The notes beneath the pieces were generated by a model, which searched no databases, had not been told where the DNA came from, and worked only from the letters and a program-made list of their open reading frames with translations. This document shows positions 1 through 6,822 of a stretch of 14,828 bases of DNA, one piece after another. Source of the stretch: Sulfurimonadaceae bacterium (GTDB taxonomy: Bacteria; Campylobacterota; Campylobacteria; Campylobacterales; Sulfurimonadaceae). Both the position numbers and the translations under genes were made by a program. The stretch covers positions 1 through 14,828 of the forward strand of contig JBFFUI010000047.1 of NCBI GenBank assembly GCA_041571435.1. The letters are read 5' to 3'. Every line of letters begins with the position of its first letter. Within the stretch, counting starts at the first letter, position 1.

Positions 1-2
1 CA

Positions 3-47
3 GGCCTGGTCTCGGTCATCGTCGGCTCGAATATGCTCTTAGGATAA
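3..47 (+). CDS. 3' end of an upstream gene, hydrophobic C-terminus (...GLVSVIVGSNMLLG*), probably a membrane protein; a nickel transporter/accessory protein is possible from context
   Basis: The frame starting at base 3 is open to TAA at 45-47, ending next to the hypB RBS (AAGGA). Only 14 codons are visible, so the identity is a guess from context. Confidence 0.4.
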   Translation, partial: GLVSVIVGSNMLLG

Positions 48-56
48 GGAAGAACA

Positions 57-839
57 ATGTGCCAAGATTGCGGCTGCAGCATCACTGACCACACCCATGG
101 ACATAGCCACGCCCATGACCACCATCACGACCACTCCCACGAGCATCAGGCGGCGCATGAGACACTGCACCACAACCCGCAGCTCAACGACACCAAGACG
201 ATTTCCGTCATCACCAAGATCCTGGACAAGAACAACCACGAAGCCGCACACAACCGTGCCCATTTTGACAAGCATAACGTCCTCTCGATCAACCTGATGA
301 GCAGTCCGGGAAGCGGCAAAACCACCCTGCTTGAGCAGATGGCGGGGCTTGCTAAGTTCAAGTTCGGCGTTATCGAAGGCGACCTTGAGACCAGCCGTGA
401 TGCCGACCGCATCAAGGCAAAAGGGATCCCCGCCTACCAGATCCAGACGGGAAGCGCCTGCCACCTGGATGCCTTTATGGTCCATAAAGGGCTGCATGAC
501 ATGCCTTTGCACGACATCGACGTCTGTTTCATCGAAAATGTCGGCAACCTTGTCTGCCCGGCCAGTTACGATGTTGGTTCACATCTTAACATTGTCCTCG
601 TCTCCGTTCCGGAGGGGAGTGACAAGATCGAAAAATACCCGGTGATGTTCCGTCAGGCGGACCTGGTGCTGATCACCAAGACTGACCTGCTCCCCCATTT
701 CGACTACGACATCGAACATGAAAAGGCCGAAGCGCGAAAACTCAAGCCTAATGTCGACATCTTGGAAGTGAGCAGCAAAGAGCCGGCCTCCGTACAAGCG
801 GTCATCGACTGGATCGAGTTTAAAAGGAAGATGCGTTAA
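57..839 (+). CDS. hypB: Hydrogenase nickel incorporation GTPase HypB
   Basis: N-terminal CxxCGC (CQDCGC), His-rich tract, P-loop SSPGSGKTT, TGSACHLDA, ENVGNLVCPASYDVG, EGSDKIEKYP, TKTD. AAGGA RBS upstream. Confidence 0.98.
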   Translation: MCQDCGCSITDHTHGHSHAHDHHHDHSHEHQAAHETLHHNPQLNDTKTISVITKILDKNNHEAAHNRAHFDKHNVLSINLMSSPGSGKTTLLEQMAGLAKFKFGVIEGDLETSRDADRIKAKGIPAYQIQTGSACHLDAFMVHKGLHDMPLHDIDVCFIENVGNLVCPASYDVGSHLNIVLVSVPEGSDKIEKYPVMFRQADLVLITKTDLLPHFDYDIEHEKAEARKLKPNVDILEVSSKEPASVQAVIDWIEFKRKMR

Positions 840-1123
840 TGTGCCTCTCCATCCCCTCAAAAGTGATCGCCATCAGCGATGACAACATCGCAACGACCGA
901 TACCATGGGCATTCAACGCGAGGTGAGTCTAGACCTGATGGGCGACGAGATCGAAGTGGGCGACTACATCCTGATCCATGTCGGCTTTGCGATGAACAAG
1001 ATCGACAAAGCGGAGGCGCTGGCCAGTCTCGAGGTCTACAAGGAGATGGTCGAAGCGATGGAAGAAGAGGATCGCAAACGCATCGTTCAAGAGGCAGAGA
1101 ACTGCCCCAATACAACACCCTAA
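839..1123 (+). CDS. hypC: Hydrogenase assembly chaperone HypC
   Basis: MCLSIPSKV N-terminus and VGDYILIHVGFAM motif. TAATG overlap with the hypB stop. Confidence 0.97.
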   Translation: MCLSIPSKVIAISDDNIATTDTMGIQREVSLDLMGDEIEVGDYILIHVGFAMNKIDKAEALASLEVYKEMVEAMEEEDRKRIVQEAENCPNTTP

Positions 1124-1132
1124 AGGCACTTC

Positions 1133-2254
1133 TTGAAAGCGCTGCAGCTAAAAGACCTCTACGATAGGTTTAGAGACCCACAGACCATTAAAAGCCTGGC
1201 CCTGCAGATCGACAGGGAAGCCAAAAAGCTTACCGAACCGCTCCAGATCATGGAGGTCTGCGGCGGCCATACACACACCATCATGAAGTATGGTCTGATG
1301 CAGATACTCCCCGAAAACATCACTTTTATCCACGGTCCAGGCTGTCCGGTCTGCATCATGCCCAAAGAACGGATCGACCAAGCTATCGCCCTCGCCACCA
1401 TAGAAGGTGCCATCTTGTGCACCCTTGGCGACATGATCCGTGTTCCCGGCTCAAAAAGTACGCTGGCCAAAGAGCGTGCCAAAGGGAGCGATATCCGTCC
1501 ACTCTACTCGCCCATGGACGTGCTAAAGATCGCAGAAGAGAACCCCGACAAAAAGGTGATCTTCTTTGCCATCGGATTTGAGACGACGACACCGATGACC
1601 GCAGCCGTGATCGACCATGTGGTCAGAAACGGCATCAAAAACATCTATTTTCACATCAACCACGTCCTTGTCCCGCCTGCAGTCAGAGCGATCATGGATC
1701 CCGGTCGTGCCAGGGTCAACGCCTTTATCGGCCCCTCGCACGTCAGCGTTATCAGCGGCTCGAAGATCTATGAACCGCTTGCTGCCGCCTATCAGACCCC
1801 TATCGTCGTGAGCGGTTTTGAACCGGTCGATGTACTGGAGGGGATCTTGATGATGGTACGTCAGAAAAACGAGGGACGCCATGAGGTCGAAGTCGAGTAC
1901 AGACGTTCAGTCACGCGCGACGGCAATACCAAAGCCCAGGCTCTGATAGAGCAGTATATGGAACCGCGCGAACACTTCAGGTGGCGCGGCATCGGGGACA
2001 TCCCCGACTCCGCTTTACAACTCAAAGAGGCCTATGACAGCATCAATGCCGAAAAGGTCTTTGGCGATCGCCTCTCCAACGCGCCTATCGATGACCATAA
2101 GCTCTGCATCTGCGGCACGATCCTGCAGGGGTTGGCAAAGCCGCAGGAGTGCACGGTCTTCGGCACCGCCTGCACCCCCAATTCCCCGCTCGGCAGCTGC
2201 ATGGTGAGTGATGAAGGAGCGTGTAATGCCTACTACCGATACGGCAACATATAA
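1133..2254 (+). CDS. hypD: Hydrogenase formation protein HypD
   Basis: MEVCGGHTH, HGPGCPVC, GFETT, PSHVS and a C-terminal Cx14Cx6Cx16C Fe-S motif. TTG start with AAAGG at 1122-1126. Confidence 0.98.
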   Translation: MKALQLKDLYDRFRDPQTIKSLALQIDREAKKLTEPLQIMEVCGGHTHTIMKYGLMQILPENITFIHGPGCPVCIMPKERIDQAIALATIEGAILCTLGDMIRVPGSKSTLAKERAKGSDIRPLYSPMDVLKIAEENPDKKVIFFAIGFETTTPMTAAVIDHVVRNGIKNIYFHINHVLVPPAVRAIMDPGRARVNAFIGPSHVSVISGSKIYEPLAAAYQTPIVVSGFEPVDVLEGILMMVRQKNEGRHEVEVEYRRSVTRDGNTKAQALIEQYMEPREHFRWRGIGDIPDSALQLKEAYDSINAEKVFGDRLSNAPIDDHKLCICGTILQGLAKPQECTVFGTACTPNSPLGSCMVSDEGACNAYYRYGNI

Positions 2255-2390
2255 TCTCTGCCCGGCAAGGGCTAGCTTTAGTGCCACAGCGGCCAGCGCA
2301 GCCAGACGGGCTTTGCCTGTCTGGCGTTCAGAACAGATGGCGGTGAGTGATGAAGGCGCATGTAATGCCTATTATCAATATGGAGGTATA
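2203..2390 (+). repeat. Imperfect direct repeat of the hypD 3' end (copy 1 2203-2251, copy 2 2342-2390, offset 139 bp)
   Basis: GGTGAGTGATGAAGG is identical at 2203-2217 and 2342-2356. 35/42 nt are identical over 2204-2245 vs 2343-2384. Confidence 0.93.
2301..2325. repeat. GC-rich hairpin between the two hypD-end copies (possibly REP-like or an mRNA processing/stability element)
   Basis: GCCAGACGGGC-TTT-GCCTGTCTGGC forms an 11-bp stem with one G-U pair. No U-tract follows. Confidence 0.6.
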
Positions 2391-2399
2391 GATGCCTAA
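2337..2399 (+). pseudogene. Relic or duplicate hypD C-terminal fragment (MAVSDEGACNAYYQYGGIDA*)
   Basis: Matches the HypD C-terminus MVSDEGACNAYYRYGNI. It contains the hypE SD GGAGG (2382-2386), and its stop overlaps the start of hypE (ATGCCTAA). Confidence 0.7.
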
Positions 2400-3393
2400 A
2401 CAGGTCCAACTCAGCCACGGCGGCGGCGGCGCAGAGACAAACGCCCTTATTCATGACCTTTTTTACCGTTACTTCGGCAATGACATTCTCATTAAAGCCG
2501 AGGATGCAGCGGTCCTGGAGGTGGAGAAGAAGATCGCCTTTACCACGGACAGCTTTACCGTGACACCGCTCTTTTTCAACGGTGCGGACATCGGCAAACT
2601 TGCTGTAGCGGGTACCGTCAACGATCTCTCTATGATGGGCGCGAAGCCGCTCTATATGAGCGCCGCCTTCATGATCGAAGAGGGGTTTTCTTTTGAAGAG
2701 CTGGAGAAGATCGTCGCATCCATGGCTGAGGAGCTGAAGGTGAGCGGTGCCAAGATCGTCTGCGGTGATACCAAGGTCGTTCCCAAAGGCTCCGTCGACC
2801 AGCTCTTTATCAACACCGCCGGAATCGGTGAGATCGTGCGAGAGGGGATCTCGGCTTCCAACCTGCACGAAGGCGATATCCTGATTGTCTCCGGCGACGT
2901 CGGGCGTCACGGTGCCGCGATCTTGATGGAGCGCGAAGGGCTTGGGGTGCACAGTGATCTGCAGAGTGACTGTGCCACGCTTTGGCCGTCGGTACAGGCC
3001 CTCATCGACGCCAATGTCACCATCAGCGCCATGCGCGATGCCACGCGGGGCGGGCTCTCCGCCGTTTTGAACGAGTGGGCAGAGCAGAGCAAGGTTTGTC
3101 TGGAGATCGAAGAGTCCGGTGTCCCTGTGTCACAGGAGGTCGGCGGTGTCTGTGAGATGTTCGGCTTTGAACCCTTTGACTTTGCCAATGAGGGTACCTT
3201 CATCCTTGCGGTGCCGCCGCTACATGCCCAACATGCCATCGCCGCACTGCAACAGGTCGAAGCCAGTAAAGGTGCCGCGATCATAGGCCGTGTCACAAGG
3301 CAAAAAGAGGGCAAAGTGATCCTCTATTCGCTGTACGGCAGCAGCCGCTACCTGGACCTGCCCAAAGGCGAACTCCTGCCAAGGATCTGCTGA
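2392..3393 (+). CDS. hypE: Carbamoyl dehydratase HypE
   Basis: HGGGG, TTDSF, GTVNDL, GDTKVV, RDATRGG, ANEG and terminal PRIC. GGAGG RBS. Confidence 0.98.
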   Translation: MPKQVQLSHGGGGAETNALIHDLFYRYFGNDILIKAEDAAVLEVEKKIAFTTDSFTVTPLFFNGADIGKLAVAGTVNDLSMMGAKPLYMSAAFMIEEGFSFEELEKIVASMAEELKVSGAKIVCGDTKVVPKGSVDQLFINTAGIGEIVREGISASNLHEGDILIVSGDVGRHGAAILMEREGLGVHSDLQSDCATLWPSVQALIDANVTISAMRDATRGGLSAVLNEWAEQSKVCLEIEESGVPVSQEVGGVCEMFGFEPFDFANEGTFILAVPPLHAQHAIAALQQVEASKGAAIIGRVTRQKEGKVILYSLYGSSRYLDLPKGELLPRIC

Positions 3394-3734
3394 TGCATGA
3401 GTACTCTGTCGTTCAGGCGCTGCTTGAACAGTGTGAGCAGCACGCCAGAGCGAACGATGCGACACGCATCACCGAAGTGACTGTCAAGATCGGTGTACAG
3501 AGCGGGATCGAAGTCCACCTCTTTGAAACCGCCTTCGAGACCTTCAAGGAGCAGACCGTCTGTGACAAAGCGAGACTGGTCATCCAGCACCAGCCCTTGC
3601 TGATCCGCTGTGCCGAGTGCGATAAAGAGTATGCGCTGGAGAAGATAGAGTACGTCTGCCCGGTGTGTGAGAATTTGCTTATAGAGGTGCTTGACGGCGA
3701 AGATATGTACCTGATGCGTTTAGAGATGCAGTGA
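3393..3734 (+). CDS. hypA: Hydrogenase maturation nickel metallochaperone HypA
   Basis: MHE N-terminus and two CxxC motifs (CAEC, CPVC). TGATG overlap with hypE. Confidence 0.97.
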   Translation: MHEYSVVQALLEQCEQHARANDATRITEVTVKIGVQSGIEVHLFETAFETFKEQTVCDKARLVIQHQPLLIRCAECDKEYALEKIEYVCPVCENLLIEVLDGEDMYLMRLEMQ

Positions 3735-5948
3735 CCTCAGTGCATAGGCTATCTGTCCCAGGGCTATAGCGCTGTCGTTAGGCGATATCGTTTCAGGAAA
3801 ATAGTACCTTATCTTCTCTTCTTCCAGACGTCTGAAAAGAAGTGTCACCAGTACCCTGTTTTGAAAGACACCGCCGCTGAATACCAACGGAAGTTTGTGT
3901 TGCTTTGCCATAAAGAGAATGATCTCGACAACCGTGTTAAAAAAGCGTGAGACGCCGATCCTCTTATCATCTTCATCCAGAAGTTCCACTACCATCTGGT
4001 CCAAGCTGATCTCGCCGTTTTCGTAGGCGAACGCGTAGGCATCCGTGATGGTCGCATCGTAATACTGCTCCATCTTCAATCCGCTTTCGCCCTCATAGGA
4101 GAGCAGATGCACTATCTCCAACAGGCTCGCTACACCGTCGAAAACCCGCCCGAGAGAGGAGCTCATGACCGTGTTTATGTTCTTCTCATAAGCCTGCTGC
4201 AAAAGGGCGAGCTCGCTGTCACTGAACAGTCCCGCGATCCGGCTCTTTTTGACCGCTTCAAATCCCATCACGTCCAGAAACATTGCCAGGGCGATGCGTC
4301 TGGGCTCTTTGACCGCTCTCTCCCCGCCGAGCAGTTTTAGCGGTTTAAAGTGCCCGACTCGCGTATACTCGGTATCGATGCAACGCAGAAATTCGCCGCC
4401 CCATATTGTGCCGTCATCACCTAAGCCCGTCCCGTCAAAGCCGACACCAAGCACCTCATCCGTTATCTGCTGCTCAAGCATCACACTCAAGATATGGGCA
4501 TGATGGTGCTGCACCTCAACGACTGGGACACTCTGCTCTTTTGCCCAGCGCGACGTCGCATAGTCTCTATGACGGTCGCAGACAATAAGATCCGGCGTAA
4601 AGTCGTAAAAATGCTGGAAGGTCTGCAGGGTCCGTTCAAAGAAGTCAAAGGCTTCGACGGAGGCCAGATCACCGATATGCGGCGTGAGTATGACCTGGTC
4701 CTCAAAGGCAAGCGCCAGGGTGTTCTTCTGCTCGCCGCCGACCGCTAAGATACGTTTGCTGAGTCTGAACGGAAGGGTAAAGGCTTTCGGTGTATAGCCC
4801 CGTCCCAAACGCAAAAAGAGCGGACGGCCGTCGACCATCTGCAAGACAGAGTCATCGATCGCATTGATGATCTCACGGTCAAAATCGAGGACGTAGTCGA
4901 CCACACCGCCGAGTTTTCGCATGAGCTCCTCTTTCGTTCGTATGATCGGCGCGTTGCTCAGGTTGGCGCTTGTCGCGACTAAAGGTTTTTTAACATGCTC
5001 AAAGAGCAGAAACTGCAGCGGGGTATAGGGCAGCATCACCCCGATACGGTCAACGCCGGGGGCGACATTGGACGCAAGCGTGCTCTTCTCTTTTTTGGGC
5101 ACCAGAACGATAGGCCGTTCTTTTGACGTGATCATCTCTCTTTCGTAAGAGCTTATCAACGCGTTCTCCTCGATCGCCGCCATCGTCGGAAAAAGCATGC
5201 CCAAAGGCTTGAGCGGTCTCTTTTTGCGCTGACGCAAGAGTGCGACACTCGCTTCGCTCGTTGCGTCACACATCAGATGAAAACCGCCTAGCCCCTTCAC
5301 CGCGACGATGCTCCCCTCTTTCAGCAGCCCGGCTGCTTTTTGCAGCGGTTCATCACATTGAATGACGCTATTGCGGCTGTCATAGAGTGTCAGCTGCGGA
5401 CCGCAGTCATGACAGCTGATCGGTTGTGCGTGGTAGCGGCGGTCAAGCGGGTCTGCATACTCTTTGGCACATTGAGCGCACATCGAAAAGGCTTTCATGG
5501 AGGTGAAGGCTCTGTCGTACGGAAGCGTCTCGATGATGGAGTAGCGCGGACCGCAGTGGGTACAGTTCGATGCAAAGTAGCGGTAGTGCCTGTCATCCTC
5601 ATCGAACAGTTCGGTGAGACAGGCATCACAGATCGCCATATCGGGCGAGACCACGGTCCTTTTTTTACCCCCTTCACTCTCTTTTATACTGAAGGTTCTC
5701 TCGCCAAGAGCCTTTAGCGTGTACTTCTCAACGGCTTCGATCTTCGCAAGCGGCGGCGGCTCTTTCTGTAACCGCTCGAGAAAAAGGGCGACCTGCTGCC
5801 TGTCACCCTCGACCTCGATATGGACACCGTTGCCGTTGTTGCGTACAAAACCTTTCAGCTCAAGCGCGTTTGCAAGCGTGTAGACAAAGGGGCGGAACCC
5901 TACCCCCTGAACAATACCGCTGACTGTGATGGCTTCTCTCTGTATCAT
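3720..5948 (-). CDS. hypF: Carbamoyltransferase HypF
   Basis: Acylphosphatase-like GIVQGVGFRPFVY, zinc fingers (CDAC...CTHC, CAQC...CHDC), YrdC-like KGLGGFHLMCDA and TSAN, Kae1-like QHHHAH, DGTGLGDDGTIWGGE, SGGVFQN. Confidence 0.98.
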   Translation of the reverse strand: MIQREAITVSGIVQGVGFRPFVYTLANALELKGFVRNNGNGVHIEVEGDRQQVALFLERLQKEPPPLAKIEAVEKYTLKALGERTFSIKESEGGKKRTVVSPDMAICDACLTELFDEDDRHYRYFASNCTHCGPRYSIIETLPYDRAFTSMKAFSMCAQCAKEYADPLDRRYHAQPISCHDCGPQLTLYDSRNSVIQCDEPLQKAAGLLKEGSIVAVKGLGGFHLMCDATSEASVALLRQRKKRPLKPLGMLFPTMAAIEENALISSYEREMITSKERPIVLVPKKEKSTLASNVAPGVDRIGVMLPYTPLQFLLFEHVKKPLVATSANLSNAPIIRTKEELMRKLGGVVDYVLDFDREIINAIDDSVLQMVDGRPLFLRLGRGYTPKAFTLPFRLSKRILAVGGEQKNTLALAFEDQVILTPHIGDLASVEAFDFFERTLQTFQHFYDFTPDLIVCDRHRDYATSRWAKEQSVPVVEVQHHHAHILSVMLEQQITDEVLGVGFDGTGLGDDGTIWGGEFLRCIDTEYTRVGHFKPLKLLGGERAVKEPRRIALAMFLDVMGFEAVKKSRIAGLFSDSELALLQQAYEKNINTVMSSSLGRVFDGVASLLEIVHLLSYEGESGLKMEQYYDATITDAYAFAYENGEISLDQMVVELLDEDDKRIGVSRFFNTVVEIILFMAKQHKLPLVFSGGVFQNRVLVTLLFRRLEEEKIRYYFPETISPNDSAIALGQIAYALRSLHL

Positions 5949-5954
5949 GCGTAG

Positions 5955-5963
5955 ATAATACCA
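5955..5963 (-). promoter_or_regulatory. Putative extended -10 promoter (TGgTATTAT) 6 nt before the hypF ATG
   Basis: Minus strand reads TGGTATTAT-CTACGC-ATG. Confidence 0.45.
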
Positions 5964-5984
5964 CCTCTTTCGTTAATAGAGCGG

Positions 5985-6260
5985 CTAGAGCTCTTCATAG
6001 TCAAGCTCAAGGGTATATTCCGGAAAAAGGGTAAGCAGTGCGTTCTCGATCTTCTCCCGATAGCGTGCCGACTCCAGTTTGCTCGGCGAGAGAAAGACAA
6101 AAGCGACATCACACTCTTTCGGGTATTCCCCGCTGATATCCAGTACCGAGACGTTGAAGCTCTTTAGCTTCTCTTTGAGTTTGTTCAACACACTACGACG
6201 CCCCTTCAGCGAGCTAACGTCATAGAGGTCAAGATGCACAGCGCAGTTACAGATGATCAT
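5985..6260 (-). CDS. DUF503 (YlxP-like) protein
   Basis: SSLKGRRSVLNKLKEKL...FNVSV pattern, about 91 aa. The ATG at 6260 has AAAGG upstream and overlaps the thpR end. Confidence 0.82.
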   Translation of the reverse strand: MIICNCAVHLDLYDVSSLKGRRSVLNKLKEKLKSFNVSVLDISGEYPKECDVAFVFLSPSKLESARYREKIENALLTLFPEYTLELDYEEL

Positions 6261-6762
6261 TGTCAAACCTTTTTACTAGAGTGTATTTGGCCCCGTCGCG
6301 GTGCAGTTCACTCTGCATCAGCTCCAACATGCCGCCCAGCGACCCGATCTCCTGCCCACTGTAGTGATCGATCAGCGCGTCAAACCGCTCTTCATCAACG
6401 ATCTCTTTGATCCGCATCAGTGTCATGTGGGGGATGAACACCTTGGTCACAGGCAGCTCAAATGCCGTGTTGAGTTTTTCGTAGACGGCAGCCAAACTGC
6501 TGTTCTCCACATTCGCATAAAGGATCTTTTTTCGTTTAAAAAAGCCCAGTCCGCTTATCACGGACGGTGTCACGGCCAGATCGAGCGCACCAAGCTTCTC
6601 TATAAGCATATCCTGCTCAAACTGGTCGCCAAAAAAGCCGAGCGTCAGATGAAGGTTCTCCGCCGGTGTCCAGCGGCCGCTGACAACACCCCCAAACGCT
6701 TTTTGCAGTGCTTGATACTCATCGATGACAGCCGGCAAGGATAAAAATAGTCGTTTTTTCAT
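6247..6762 (-). CDS. thpR: RNA 2',3'-cyclic phosphodiesterase (2H phosphoesterase, 2'-5' RNA ligase family)
   Basis: MKKRLF N-terminus and two HxT motifs (NLHLTL, FIPHMTL), with LMQSELHRDGAKY near the C-terminus. Start placed at ATG 6762 rather than TTG 6783. Confidence 0.9.
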   Translation of the reverse strand: MKKRLFLSLPAVIDEYQALQKAFGGVVSGRWTPAENLHLTLGFFGDQFEQDMLIEKLGALDLAVTPSVISGLGFFKRKKILYANVENSSLAAVYEKLNTAFELPVTKVFIPHMTLMRIKEIVDEERFDALIDHYSGQEIGSLGGMLELMQSELHRDGAKYTLVKRFDNDHL

Positions 6763-6768
6763 CTGTTT

Positions 6769-6774
6769 AGTATA
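6769..6774 (-). promoter_or_regulatory. Putative -10 box (TATACT) 6 nt before the thpR ATG
   Basis: Minus strand reads GGT-TATACT-AAACAG-ATG. No SD is evident. Confidence 0.45.
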
Positions 6775-6807
6775 ACCATTCAAAGTTTTAATCTTCCGTA
6801 CCCTCTA

Positions 6808-6816
6808 TGATACAAT
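6808..6816 (+). promoter_or_regulatory. Putative extended -10 promoter (TGaTACAAT) 6 nt before the GH20 ATG
   Basis: TGATACAAT-CGTTTT-ATG. No purine-rich SD upstream. Confidence 0.5.
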
Positions 6817-6822
6817 CGTTTT

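Noticed and set aside
39-512. 157-aa minus-strand ORF with a Val/Met-rich hydrophobic stretch
   Set aside because: The hydrophobic run is just the reverse complement of the hypB His codons.
2203-2390. hypD-tail repeat as a diversity-generating retroelement TR/VR pair
   Set aside because: Mismatches are not adenine-specific in either direction (e.g. C/T changes), they are mainly synonymous, and there is no reverse transcriptase in the window.
2203-2390. Repeat-spacer-repeat as a mini CRISPR array
   Set aside because: Only two copies, they are diverged and protein-coding in origin, the spacer is ~90 bp, and no cas genes are present.
2278-2952. 224-aa minus-strand ORF
   Set aside because: Antisense shadow of hypE with no recognisable motifs.
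4241-4320. Short repeat GGCTCTTT(TT)GACCGCT twice within hypF
   Set aside because: Short, inside an intact CDS, and explained by similar peptides (AVKK/AVKE).
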